Assembly: GCA_965248695.1 (NCBI GenBank)
Contig: CBDFKD010000002.1
Coordinates: forward strand, 2,112,001 to 2,176,000
Direction: 5' to 3'
DNA from: Acidobacteriota bacterium
GTDB lineage: Bacteria; Acidobacteriota; UBA890; WLXD01
Length of the DNA: 64,000 bases
Below, piece by piece: positions 9,901-19,697 of this stretch. A program made the position numbers and the translations under genes. The notes beneath the pieces were generated by a model that saw only the letters and a program-made list of their open reading frames with translations, was not told the DNA's origin and did no database searches. The first letter of the stretch is position 1. Each line of letters starts with the position of its first letter.

Positions 9901-11475
9901 ATGACAGATTTTCACGACGTGGTTGTGATCGGCGGCGGCCACAATGGGCTCACCGCCGCCAACTACCTGGCACGTGCAGGGCGCCGGGTGCTGGTGCTCG
10001 AAGCGCGCAGCACGTTCGGCGGCACCGCCTCGAGTGTGGAGTTCGCTCCAGGCGTCAGCGCTCCCATGCTGTTCGCCTCGGTCGACATGCTGCATCCATC
10101 CGTGGTGTCGGATCTGGATCTCGGCAAGCACGGTCTGCAGACTGTGTCCGGGGCCGATTGCACTACCGTCCTCGGTGCCTCGGAACCCCTGCAGATCAGC
10201 GGCGGTGGCGTATCGTCACAGCTTTCCGCTGACGATCAGCGTGCCTATCAGGAGTTCGAGCTCCTGTTGTCTCGAATCGCCAGCGCGCTCGAGCCGGTGA
10301 TGGGAGGCGCCCTGCCGGAGATCGAGGTAGCCGGTGTCGGCGCGGTGTTCGAGCTCCTGACGCTGGGATGGCGCATGCGGCGCCTAGGCCGTCGCGACAT
10401 GCCGCAGGCCATGCGGCTGCTGCCGATGTCGCTCCGTGACATCGTCCAGGAGCGCTTCGATGATGAGCGCCTGCGCGCCGCCGTCGCCTGGCGCGGGCTG
10501 GCCGCTTCGTGGCTGGGACCCTGGTCGCCTGGCGGCGGCTACACGCTTCTCTACCATCGGCCCGCGTGGGGCGGTCCGATCTTCGGCGCACCGAAGTTCG
10601 CGGTTGGCGGCACCGGCAGCGTCGCGGATGCTCTCGTTGCTGCGGCCACGGCGGCCGGCGTGGAGTTGCGCGCCTCGGCCCGCGTGGCGCGCATCAGAGT
10701 CGATGACGACCGCGCCGTCGGCGTCGTGCTGGAGGACGGTGAGGAGGTCCCCTGCCAGGCCGTGATGTCGGCGATCGACCCGCGCACCACACTCACGAGT
10801 CTGCTCGACAAAGGATGGCTCGACCCCGGCCACGTCGCCGCGGCGCAGAACATCCGCATGCGCGGCACGGTCGCCGCGGTGCGTATTGCCGCCAGCACTC
10901 TGCCGAAGGTGCCCGGTCTCGATGAGTCGGCCTGGGCCGGGCGGGTACAGATCGGAGACAGCCTCGCCTACCTGGAGAGGTCATTCGACGCGGCAAAATA
11001 CGGGCGTCTCCCGGAGCAGCCGATCGTCGACGTCACCGTGCCCAGCCTCTCCGATTCGACCCTGGCTCCAGCGGGAACGCACGTGATGCACGCCTGGGTG
11101 CAGTACGTGCCGCACACGTTCGGCGATTCCGGCTGGGACTCCAAGCGCGACGAGCTCAGTAAATCAGTGGTCGATGCGATCGACCAACAGGCGCCGGGCT
11201 TTGCTGGCGCGGTCCAGCATATCGATGTCACCACACCGGCTGATCTGGAGCACGATCTCGGCATCCCGGGTGGGCACGCCTACCATGGTGAGCTGTCCAT
11301 GGATCAGCTGCTGTACATGCGCCCCATCGCCGGCTGGTACGACCACCGCACACCAGTCGACGGCCTGTATCTCGGCGGCCCCGGGTGCCACCCCGGTGGC
11401 GGTATCACCGGAATTCCGGGCAAGAACGCCGCGGCACGGCTAGGCGCGGACTGGAAGAGACACGTCTCGCGTTAG
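9901..11475 (+). CDS. FAD-dependent oxidoreductase, phytoene dehydrogenase-like (second, divergent paralog)
   Basis: DVVVIGGGHNGL; GHAYHGE; GPGCHPGGGITGIPG; starts 4 nt after the first paralog. Confidence 0.88.
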   Translation: MTDFHDVVVIGGGHNGLTAANYLARAGRRVLVLEARSTFGGTASSVEFAPGVSAPMLFASVDMLHPSVVSDLDLGKHGLQTVSGADCTTVLGASEPLQISGGGVSSQLSADDQRAYQEFELLLSRIASALEPVMGGALPEIEVAGVGAVFELLTLGWRMRRLGRRDMPQAMRLLPMSLRDIVQERFDDERLRAAVAWRGLAASWLGPWSPGGGYTLLYHRPAWGGPIFGAPKFAVGGTGSVADALVAAATAAGVELRASARVARIRVDDDRAVGVVLEDGEEVPCQAVMSAIDPRTTLTSLLDKGWLDPGHVAAAQNIRMRGTVAAVRIAASTLPKVPGLDESAWAGRVQIGDSLAYLERSFDAAKYGRLPEQPIVDVTVPSLSDSTLAPAGTHVMHAWVQYVPHTFGDSGWDSKRDELSKSVVDAIDQQAPGFAGAVQHIDVTTPADLEHDLGIPGGHAYHGELSMDQLLYMRPIAGWYDHRTPVDGLYLGGPGCHPGGGITGIPGKNAAARLGADWKRHVSR

Positions 11476-11545
11476 CGAACTCATCGGCGACGGCACCAGC
11501 GTGTTTCCTGACGCCGCTCCGCATCGACGGACAGGGCCCGACAAT

Positions 11546-12310
11546 ATGAGCAGACGTGCAGCGCCCGCCGGAACACAGTCGGTTCTCCGGGCCGTGCACC
11601 TGCTCAAGGCGCTCAGCAAGCACGACGGGCTCGACCTTGCGGCGCTGACGCGCGAAGTCGGACTGGCGCGCACGACGACACATCGCCTGCTTGCGGCACT
11701 CAAGAGCGAGGATCTCGTCGCCCAGGAGGCGGGCGGAGACTATCGGCTCGGACCGGGTGCCGTGGCGTTGGGAAATCAGCGGCGTCGCTCCAGCCAGCTG
11801 CGCGTCCTGGCACACCCGCATCTCCGCAAGCTCGCGGCCGAGAGCGGCGAGACGGCCACCCTCGAGGTCCAGTTCGACGCTGGCGTACTGATCGTCGACG
11901 AGGTACTCGGCCGGCATCTGGTGGGTGTAAATCGTGAGGTCGGCACGTCGTGGCCCATCCATGCCACCTCAACAGGCAAGGCGCTGCTCGCCTCCATGGG
12001 CCGCGACGATCGCGCTGCGCTGTTGGTGGGTCGGCTGTCGCGCTTGACGACCAGAACCGTCACCAGCAAGCGACAGCTCGAGGCGCAGCTCAAGCAGACA
12101 GCGCAGCGCGGCTACGCGACTGCCGAGGGCGAGCTCGCAGACGGCTTCAATGCCGTCGCCGCTGCCGTTGTCAACGCCGACGGACATCCGCTGGCGGCGA
12201 TATCGGTGGGCGGGCCGGACGGACGTCTCACCGGCAGGGAGCTGAGTCGGGTCGGCGGCGCGGTGCGCGAGACCGCAGCGCTTCTTTCGGAGACGCTGAG
12301 CTACGCCTGA
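11546..12310 (+). CDS. IclR-family transcriptional regulator
   Basis: QSVLRAVHLL...TTHRLLAAL HTH; HATSTGKALLA effector-domain signature. Confidence 0.92.
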   Translation: MSRRAAPAGTQSVLRAVHLLKALSKHDGLDLAALTREVGLARTTTHRLLAALKSEDLVAQEAGGDYRLGPGAVALGNQRRRSSQLRVLAHPHLRKLAAESGETATLEVQFDAGVLIVDEVLGRHLVGVNREVGTSWPIHATSTGKALLASMGRDDRAALLVGRLSRLTTRTVTSKRQLEAQLKQTAQRGYATAEGELADGFNAVAAAVVNADGHPLAAISVGGPDGRLTGRELSRVGGAVRETAALLSETLSYA

Positions 12311-13032
12311 GCCGAGGCGGCGACGCTCTCCTGGCTCCCGAACGCTCGCGCCACCAGCCGGTCGAGAAAACTCCCATTGGCGGTGGCGAGGCGTTCGAAG
12401 CGCGTCGCATCGAGCATCTCGCCAGCGGCGCTGACGAACTCACCCTCCGGGAGCGGATCGTAGCGTCTCAAGACGTCGCTGACGATCTCCGCCGTCAGCT
12501 CCGGATGAAACTGCAAACCGAGAACGTTGGCGCCCCAGCGGAAGGCCTGATTCTCGCACCCGGCGCTGCGGGCCAGGTGAATTGCGCCGGTGGGTAGCTC
12601 GAAGGCATCGAAATGCCATTGCATCACCGTCAGCTCCGGAGCAAAAAACGGCGCCAAGCGTTCATCTTCACTGCCCTCCGCGGTCGGCTCCACCAGGTGC
12701 CAGCCGAGCTCGGGGTGTGGATGGCGCTGAACGCGGGCTCCCAGAACACGGGCGATGATCTGGCCACCGAGGCAGATGCCGAGCACGTTCGTACCAGCGG
12801 CAATCGCGCGCTCGACGAAATCGAGCTCGGCACTCAACCAGGCGTGCTCGTGCTCGTCGCAGGCGCCCATGGGGCCTCCCAAGACGACCAGCAGGTCGAT
12901 GCCCTCGACGTCAGGAAAGGCTTCGCCATCGTAGGGGCGAGTCTCGGCGACCTCCCAGCCGCGTCGTAGGGCCCACGGATCGATGTTGCCCAGACCGACG
13001 GAAGGCATGTGACGCACGTAGTGCAAGCGCAT
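12301..13032 (-). CDS. Type 1 glutamine amidotransferase-like protein
   Basis: LVVLGGPMG, GICLGGQ (Cys nucleophile), QWH, QFHPE triad. Confidence 0.88.
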   Translation of the reverse strand: MRLHYVRHMPSVGLGNIDPWALRRGWEVAETRPYDGEAFPDVEGIDLLVVLGGPMGACDEHEHAWLSAELDFVERAIAAGTNVLGICLGGQIIARVLGARVQRHPHPELGWHLVEPTAEGSEDERLAPFFAPELTVMQWHFDAFELPTGAIHLARSAGCENQAFRWGANVLGLQFHPELTAEIVSDVLRRYDPLPEGEFVSAAGEMLDATRFERLATANGSFLDRLVARAFGSQESVAASAQA

Positions 13033-13096
13033 GGCATGAGTGTAACCGGAGGTCGCCACCCTTACCTCTGCGTTCCCTGAGATAGGGATTGATGTA

Positions 13097-13116
13097 AAGT
13101 TAGGCAAGGCTAAAAA
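13097..13116. promoter_or_regulatory. DtxR/MntR-family metal-repressor operator candidate upstream of feoAB
   Basis: AT-rich patch with imperfect palindrome TTAGGCAAGGCTAA (13100-13113), resembling DtxR-family TTAGG-N4-CCTAA boxes. Confidence 0.6.
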
Positions 13117-13168
13117 TATCAGATGGGCCGTTTCGGCGGCCATCGTCTCCTTCGTACCGGAAAGAAGC

Positions 13169-13414
13169 ATGCAATCGAACTGCACGCTCGCCGACCTGAT
13201 GCCCGGAGAGCGCGGCACCGTGCGCGACGTTTCGCATCAGCTTCCGGCTCTGGAGCGCCGACGGCTGCTCGAGCTCGGGTTCTACCCTGGCACGCCAGTA
13301 CTGGCGAAGATGGAAAGTCCTCTCGGCGACCCGGTGGCCTACGAGGTGCGCCAGATGACCGTGGCGCTGCGGCGTGAGCAGGCCCGCATGATCGAGGTGA
13401 ACCGTCTTGCCTGA
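13169..13414 (+). CDS. feoA: Ferrous iron transport protein A
   Basis: RRRLLELGFYPG...SPLGDPVAYEVR...VALRREQA SH3-like FeoA signature. Confidence 0.93.
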   Translation: MQSNCTLADLMPGERGTVRDVSHQLPALERRRLLELGFYPGTPVLAKMESPLGDPVAYEVRQMTVALRREQARMIEVNRLA

Positions 13415-15689
13415 ACAGAAGGCGGCACGCGCAATCGACTTCAACGTCGAGCAGACCGATGCCGCCTGCGAGGCCTGCCGCCTGTGCCAGGGACCGCAGC
13501 TGTGGGGACTGCAGACCGCCGAGTATGACTACCTCGTAGCGCTTGCAGGGTGCCCGAACGTCGGCAAGAGCACGGTTTTCAACGCCCTTACGGGACTTCG
13601 CCAGCACACCGGCAACTGGCCGGGCAAGACCGTGGCGCGCGCCGAAGGCAGCTACCGGCACGCCGATGCCACGTTCAAGCTCGTCGACCTTCCCGGCACC
13701 TACACATTGATCACCCCGCAGGCCGAGGAACAGGTGGCGCACGACTCGATCGTGTACGGCGCCGCCGACGTGACGGTGGTTGTCATCGACGCGACCCAGC
13801 TGGAACGCAACCTCAGCTTCGTGCTGCAGGTGCTCGAGGTGACCGATCGCGCCGTTGTCTGCTTGAACCTGGTCGACGAAGCTGTCCGGCACGGGGTGAA
13901 GATCGATACCGACGCGCTATCAAAGCGTCTCGGCGTCCCGGTCGTCGCCACGGCGGCGCGTTTCGGGCGCGGCATCGCCAAGCTCATCGATGCGATCGAG
14001 AGCGTCGCGCGTGACGGCCCCACGCGTAGCCCATATCACTTCACCCGTGCCGATCGCGAGCTAGACCAGTTGCTGTCGAAGGCTACCGCTGATATCGAGG
14101 CCGAGTATCCCGGCATCCCGGCGGCGCGCTGGATCGCACTTCGCTTGCTCGACGGTGACGGCCCGATGACCGAGGCAGTGCGCCAGGGGGATCTCGATCA
14201 GTTGTTGCCCGAGGAATCCGACGACCGGACCGGCTCCCGTTCCGGTGTCATTCAGTTGCAGCCCCCAGGTACCGGCCGCGCCGAGCGCGGCAAGCGGCTG
14301 TTGGAGCGCATCGGCACGCATGCGCGCGGCTCAACGAGCTTCTACGGCCGTGTGGTCGGGTCGCTGCACGGACGGGCAAGCGAGATCGCCACCGCCGTGT
14401 CGACCACGACCCGTATTCCCTGGCGCCTGGGATCCACCATCGACCGTCTAGTGACCAGCCGCTGGCTCGGCTTCCCGATGATGCTGACCATGCTGACGAT
14501 CGTCTTCTGGCTGACGATCTCCGGGGCCAACGTGCCGTCGGCGATGATTGCCTCGCTACTGCTCGAGGTCGTTCATCCGGCGCTCAAGTCACTCGCCGCG
14601 TCAGTGGGTCTGCCGTGGTGGCTCGATGGGCTGCTGCTGGACGGAGTCTATCTGTCCACCGCGTGGGTAATCAGCGTCATGCTGCCGCCGATGGCCATCT
14701 TCTTTCCGTTGTTTACGCTGCTAGAAGACCTGGGATACCTGGCCCGGGTGGCGTTCAACCTCGACAACCTCTTCAAGCGCGTCGGCGCGCACGGCAAGCA
14801 GGCCCTGACACTGAGCATGGGGTTCGGCTGCAACGCCGCTGGCGTCATCGCGACTCGCATCATCGACAGCCCGCGCGAACGCCTCATCGCCATCATTACC
14901 AACAATTTCGCACTCTGTAACGGCCGTTGGCCGACGCAGATTCTCATCGCCTCGATCTTCATCGGGGCGCTGGCACCTCCGGCGCTGGCCGGCTTCGTGT
15001 CGGCCGCGGCCGTCGTCGGAGTCGCGGTTCTCGGCATCGTGCTGACGTTCGCGGTGTCGTTGCTGCTCTCGAGGACAGTCTTGCAAGGCGAGGCCTCGAC
15101 CTTCAGCCTCGAGCTGCCCCCTTATCGACGCCCACGCTTCCTGGCAACGCTGTACACGTCGCTCATCGACCGGACGATCTTCGTTCTCTGGCGCGCCATC
15201 GTCTTCGCGGTTCCCGCCGGGGCAGCAATCTGGCTGTCGGCCAACCTGACCATCGGCGGAACGTCGATCGCGCAGCACCTGATCAGCGGCCTCGATCCGG
15301 TAGGCCTGTTCTTCGGTCTCAATGGCGTGATCCTGCTCGCCTACGTTCTCGCCATCCCCGCCAACGAGGTCGTGATTCCGACGATCTTGATGCTCACCGT
15401 GCTCACCGGCGGCGCGTTCGGAGTAGGCGGGGGCACCGGCGTCATCTTCGAGCTCGACTCGACGCGGGCGGTCGGCGAAGTGTTGATCGACAGCGGTGGC
15501 TGGACGCTCCTGACGGCGATCAACCTGATGCTCTTCTCCTTGCTCCACAATCCTTGCTCGACGACGATCTACACCATCTACAAGGAGACCGGCAGCGCTC
15601 GCTGGACGACGATCGCCACCGTGCTGCCGCTGGTCATGGGGTTCGCGACAACCTTCGTCGTCGCACAGGTGTGGCGCCTGCTGACCTAG
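13407..15689 (+). CDS. feoB: Ferrous iron transport protein B
   Basis: G1 GCPNVGKS, G2 NWPGKT, G3 DLPG, G4 NLVD; gate motifs LEDLGYLAR, GFGCNA, ELPPYR. Confidence 0.95.
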   Translation: MPEQKAARAIDFNVEQTDAACEACRLCQGPQLWGLQTAEYDYLVALAGCPNVGKSTVFNALTGLRQHTGNWPGKTVARAEGSYRHADATFKLVDLPGTYTLITPQAEEQVAHDSIVYGAADVTVVVIDATQLERNLSFVLQVLEVTDRAVVCLNLVDEAVRHGVKIDTDALSKRLGVPVVATAARFGRGIAKLIDAIESVARDGPTRSPYHFTRADRELDQLLSKATADIEAEYPGIPAARWIALRLLDGDGPMTEAVRQGDLDQLLPEESDDRTGSRSGVIQLQPPGTGRAERGKRLLERIGTHARGSTSFYGRVVGSLHGRASEIATAVSTTTRIPWRLGSTIDRLVTSRWLGFPMMLTMLTIVFWLTISGANVPSAMIASLLLEVVHPALKSLAASVGLPWWLDGLLLDGVYLSTAWVISVMLPPMAIFFPLFTLLEDLGYLARVAFNLDNLFKRVGAHGKQALTLSMGFGCNAAGVIATRIIDSPRERLIAIITNNFALCNGRWPTQILIASIFIGALAPPALAGFVSAAAVVGVAVLGIVLTFAVSLLLSRTVLQGEASTFSLELPPYRRPRFLATLYTSLIDRTIFVLWRAIVFAVPAGAAIWLSANLTIGGTSIAQHLISGLDPVGLFFGLNGVILLAYVLAIPANEVVIPTILMLTVLTGGAFGVGGGTGVIFELDSTRAVGEVLIDSGGWTLLTAINLMLFSLLHNPCSTTIYTIYKETGSARWTTIATVLPLVMGFATTFVVAQVWRLLT

Positions 15690-15723
15690 ACGACACGCCA
15701 TCCGGCGGTGCAAGGTTGGACCT

Positions 15724-16320
15724 ATGCGCCTCCTCCTCCTCGGCTTGCTTGCCGTCGGCGTTGCCACCCCGGCGGCCGGCGACACGGTCTGGCTCCGGAA
15801 CGGCCGTGTTCTGCAGGTCGAAGACGCCCGTATCGACAAGGACACGGTTGTCTTTCGCACCCACGGAGTCGTGGTCACGATGCCGGCCGACTTCGTACGC
15901 CAGATTCGCCGCGACGACGGCCGCTCACCGCTAATGCCGCCCCGCGCTCCCGAGCGCCGCCGACCGACCCCCGAGTCTCTGCGGCCGCTGGCGCCGGACG
16001 CCCGCACACTTCGGACGCCCCGACCCGGGGCCGCGACGACCTCTCCGCAGCCCGCTAGCTTCTTCTTCGACCCCCGCGACCGTTCCTACTGGCAGGACAA
16101 GATGTCCTGGATCCACGACCAGATCTCCAGACTGGAGGCAAGGAGCGTCGGGACACGCAACCGTGGCAGGGTACGAACCGGTGGTCGCTACGGCGACTTG
16201 GCGAGTAGTCACCGGGAGCTGTTGGCCTGGCGAGCGCTGGAGACCGCTTTGCGGGCCGAGGCACGTAGCTTGGGCGTGCCGTCGGCGTGGCTGCGGGTTG
16301 GCAATCGACTCGGCGACTGA
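15724..16320 (+). CDS. Secreted hypothetical protein
   Basis: Signal peptide, then DTVWLRNGR small beta domain, Pro/Arg linker and helical C-terminus ending GVPSAWLR. Confidence 0.6.
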   Translation: MRLLLLGLLAVGVATPAAGDTVWLRNGRVLQVEDARIDKDTVVFRTHGVVVTMPADFVRQIRRDDGRSPLMPPRAPERRRPTPESLRPLAPDARTLRTPRPGAATTSPQPASFFFDPRDRSYWQDKMSWIHDQISRLEARSVGTRNRGRVRTGGRYGDLASSHRELLAWRALETALRAEARSLGVPSAWLRVGNRLGD

Positions 16321-16341
16321 TCCGCCGCACAGGCATCCGAC

Positions 16342-17265
16342 ATGAACCGAACCACACGCCGGCGCTTTCTCAGTCGATCCGCGGCGCTAGGCGCGGCAGC
16401 GACGTTCCCTAGCCTGTCGGCTCGCGGCGGGCAGACCGATCCGTGGTTCAGCATCTCGCTGGCCGAGTGGTCCCAGCACCGCGCCCTGCAGGCGGGTCAG
16501 CTGGACCATCTCGATTTCATCACCGGCGCGCGGACGGCCTACGGCGTCGACGCCGTCGAGTACGTCAACGTGTTCTTCTTCGAGCGCGCCCGTGATGCGG
16601 CCTACCTTCGCGAGATGCAAGCGAGATGCGATGGCGAGGGCGTGCGTAGCTTGCTGGTCATGTGCGACAACGAGGGTCGGCTTGGTGATCCGGACGCGGC
16701 CACTCGCACCGCAGCGATCGAGAACCACCACAAGTGGGTCGAAGCGGCGGCATTTCTCGGTTGTCACAGCGTCCGGGTGAACGCCGCGTCTGAAGGCACC
16801 TGGGAGGAGCAGAGTCGTCTGGCGGCCGATGGGTTGCGACGCCTGGCGACCTTCGCTTCAGACCACGGCTTGAGCGTGCTAGTCGAGAATCACGGTGGTC
16901 TGTCGAGCAACGGCAAGTGGCTCGCCGAGACGATTCGTCGGGGCGACCATCCTGGACTCGGCGCGCTGCCCGACTTCGGCAACTTCCGCATCGCCGGCGA
17001 TGACTGGTACGACTTTTACCTCGGCGTCGAGGAGCTCATGCCCATGGCGCGCGCGGTAAGCGCCAAGTCGCACGATTTCGGTCCCGATGGCAACGAGGTG
17101 CAGCTCGACTACGCTCGACTGCTCCGCATCGTCGGCGCCGCCGGCTACCGCGGCTACATCGGCATCGAGTACGAGGGTGAGCGACTGTCGGAGCCCGACG
17201 GCATCCGTGCCACCAAGGCGCTGCTGGAGCGGGTCCGCGACGAGCTCGCGGGCCAGATGTCCTGA
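16342..17265 (+). CDS. Tat-exported sugar phosphate isomerase/epimerase (AP_endonuc_2 TIM barrel)
   Basis: TRRRFL Tat motif; VENHGG, LPDFGNF, SAKSHDF, IGIEYEG metal-binding motifs. Confidence 0.9.
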   Translation: MNRTTRRRFLSRSAALGAAATFPSLSARGGQTDPWFSISLAEWSQHRALQAGQLDHLDFITGARTAYGVDAVEYVNVFFFERARDAAYLREMQARCDGEGVRSLLVMCDNEGRLGDPDAATRTAAIENHHKWVEAAAFLGCHSVRVNAASEGTWEEQSRLAADGLRRLATFASDHGLSVLVENHGGLSSNGKWLAETIRRGDHPGLGALPDFGNFRIAGDDWYDFYLGVEELMPMARAVSAKSHDFGPDGNEVQLDYARLLRIVGAAGYRGYIGIEYEGERLSEPDGIRATKALLERVRDELAGQMS

Positions 17266-17328
17266 CATGTCGAGACGACAGCAGGCCGCACCGGAGCGCG
17301 TCGCGCGTTGGGACGTCTGTCGGCAACC

Positions 17329-17619
17329 ATGAGTCAGCTCGGACAGTTGGCGCTGTTGATCCTGCTGCTCCTGGGCGCTTTCCTGTGGGTCGGCTGGCTG
17401 ATGAAACGACGCGAGCAGCGTTGGGACAGCGACGACTGGCGCCGCGGCGGGACGTCGGCCCGCGTCGGCAATGCACTGCTCGAGGTGCAGTCGCTACTGG
17501 AGCCTGATCGACGTCACGGGCTGCAGGAACGACGTCGCTCGAAGCGCGACGACGAGGACTCGGGCGACCCCCCGATGGCACGCGACGAATCGGACGTCGA
17601 CCGGGGCACCGGCAGCTAG
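17329..17619 (+). CDS. Small single-TM hypothetical protein
   Basis: Hydrophobic N-terminal helix and charged tail (DEDSGDPP). Confidence 0.55.
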   Translation: MSQLGQLALLILLLLGAFLWVGWLMKRREQRWDSDDWRRGGTSARVGNALLEVQSLLEPDRRHGLQERRRSKRDDEDSGDPPMARDESDVDRGTGS

Positions 17620-17635
17620 CGGTTCACGGCGCCGA

Positions 17636-18370
17636 TCAAGGCGCCGGTGTGAGGTCCTTGGCGCGGAGGTTGCGGAACCAGACCGAGCTGTCGTGGTCGT
17701 GGTTCTGCAGCCCGACATAGCCGGAGGCAGCAAAATCGGCCACCTTGCCGCGCGGCTCGGCATCCCAGTCGACCACCGTCTCGCCATTGATCTCGACGGT
17801 GATGTGGTCGCCGACGAACGTCACGCGCATTTGGTTCCACTCACCCGTAGGTCGCGACGCCAGACGCGACGCCGCCTCCGCGTCGTAGACCGCGCCAGTC
17901 TGGTGAACTCCCTCCTCGGAGGCATCGTGGATCTGTATCTCGAACGAGTGGTAGATGTAGTCGTCACTGCTCGGAGCGCCGGGAACGCGTACGAACACCC
18001 CTGAGTTCGATTCCAGCTTGCTGGTCTTGAACTCGAGCTCGAGCGCGAAATCGGAGAACTCGCGCGCGCTGTACCACATCAGCCCCATGCCTCCGTGGGA
18101 TTCGAGCACGCCGGTTTCGGGGTCGAGCACGAAGTACCCGGGTCCGTAGTGGTTCCAGCCGCCCTTGTGGAAGGTACCGTCAGGTCGCTGCTGGATCAGG
18201 CCTTCGTATCCTTCATCGCTCACCGGCATCGACCTCTCCAGCGCGGGCGGGCTCGGGCGCTCCTCGCCACCGGCCGCCAGGGAACGCATCGCGCCCACTC
18301 CGAGCGCGGCGGCGGCGCCGATGCTGAACACGATCGCGGGTAACGGCAGTCGTCTTACACCTTGCGTCAT
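17636..18370 (-). CDS. DUF1080 (3-keto-disaccharide hydrolase family) protein, exported
   Basis: FSDFALELEFK, SNSGVFVR, FEIQI, GEWNQM, GYVGLQNHD, VWFRNL motifs; signal-like N-terminus. Confidence 0.9.
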   Translation of the reverse strand: MTQGVRRLPLPAIVFSIGAAAALGVGAMRSLAAGGEERPSPPALERSMPVSDEGYEGLIQQRPDGTFHKGGWNHYGPGYFVLDPETGVLESHGGMGLMWYSAREFSDFALELEFKTSKLESNSGVFVRVPGAPSSDDYIYHSFEIQIHDASEEGVHQTGAVYDAEAASRLASRPTGEWNQMRVTFVGDHITVEINGETVVDWDAEPRGKVADFAASGYVGLQNHDHDSSVWFRNLRAKDLTPAP

Positions 18371-18425
18371 CAGGGGATCTCCGGCAGCTGCGCGTTCTGG
18401 GTGTCAAGTCGCCTGTTACGGGCCC

Positions 18426-19676
18426 CTAGTTGCTCTTGGGGTTCCACTCGCCGCGGGCAACGGCGGGAATGAACGTTGCGAGGTCGGGGGGCGGGAACTC
18501 GATCGCCGTACCGGTCTCGGCGCTCATGTACCCGGTCATCAGCAGTTCGGTAACGTTGAGGCCGTCGTCGAACGTCTCGCTCGGTCGGCGGCCCTCGAGA
18601 AAGCAGCGCGTCATGTGTCGGTTCTCGCCGACGTAGCCGTATTCGCTTTCTTCATCCGCCACCACCGGCATCTGGCCCACCTCTGCGTTCTGCTTCTCGA
18701 CCAGATCCTCGCCCTCGGCACCGACCACGTGGCGAGAGAAGAAGAGCTTCGGGCCCATGTCGAGTGAGTTCAGCGACATCGAGTACTCGGGGCCGAGCAG
18801 CTCCATGGTCAGCCGCAGACCGGCGCCTACGAAGCACCACGAGGTCGTCGTCTCGACGATGCGTGGATTGTCGTCCGGGTCGCGGTATTCGACCAGCGAA
18901 CGCGCGAAATCCTCCGACGGCCGCTGCGTGTAGTCGTTGCCACCATCGCTGGCGCGGGCGAGCTGCTCGGCATAGCGAGGTTGCTGCCACTTGAGACAGT
19001 TCGTATATGCAGTGACCCGCACCGGCGTCAACGCCTCGCGCGGCGCTTCCGGCGGTGTCAGCAGGAACCGCGCCGTCTCCACCGAGTGGCACATCATGTC
19101 GTTCATCACGCCGCCGCCTTGAAGCTCCCCGGACCAGAACCAGGGCATGTGCGGGCCGGAGTGCTCTTCGGCAGCGCGCGCCAGATACGGCGGCCCGGTC
19201 AGCGCCGCACCTCGCGCCCAGGCGATCTGCTTGCCGCGCACCACGCTCGGGGTGAACAGTTGGTTCTCGAGATAGCCGTCGAGCAGCTCGGCGTCGTGCG
19301 CCAGCTCGACCATGCGCTTCGCCTCGGCGACGTTTCGTCCAAGCGGCTTCTCGCAGGCGACGCCGACGAGCTCACCATGGCCCGATTTCAGCGCGTTGAC
19401 GATCTCTTCCATGACCTCGATACGAGTGAAATTCGGCGAACAGATCCATACCGCGTCGATGGCAGGATCGGCGACCATCTCGGTGATCGAGCCGAAGGCC
19501 TTCGCCTCGCCGACGCGCAGCTCGCGCGCCAGCGCCGCCGCCGCCGTGGCGCTCTCGCGGCTTCGACTGACGACCCCGAGGACATCGGCGTCGCGGACGC
19601 CGACAAAGGATCGAATGTGAAAGCAGCCGACGAAGCCGCCGCCGATGATGCCGATACCGAGTCTTCGCTGCGTCAT
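18426..19676 (-). CDS. Gfo/Idh/MocA family oxidoreductase (cytoplasmic)
   Basis: GIIGGGFVG, CEKPL, GGGVMNDMMCH. Confidence 0.9.
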   Translation of the reverse strand: MTQRRLGIGIIGGGFVGCFHIRSFVGVRDADVLGVVSRSRESATAAAALARELRVGEAKAFGSITEMVADPAIDAVWICSPNFTRIEVMEEIVNALKSGHGELVGVACEKPLGRNVAEAKRMVELAHDAELLDGYLENQLFTPSVVRGKQIAWARGAALTGPPYLARAAEEHSGPHMPWFWSGELQGGGVMNDMMCHSVETARFLLTPPEAPREALTPVRVTAYTNCLKWQQPRYAEQLARASDGGNDYTQRPSEDFARSLVEYRDPDDNPRIVETTTSWCFVGAGLRLTMELLGPEYSMSLNSLDMGPKLFFSRHVVGAEGEDLVEKQNAEVGQMPVVADEESEYGYVGENRHMTRCFLEGRRPSETFDDGLNVTELLMTGYMSAETGTAIEFPPPDLATFIPAVARGEWNPKSN

Positions 19677-19697
19677 GGGGATCGTTTCATCATGTCG

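Noticed and set aside
8304-11475. Carotenoid biosynthesis (crtI) cluster
   Set aside because: No crtB/crtE/crtY nearby; context is GcvT-like plus IclR, which points to catabolism.
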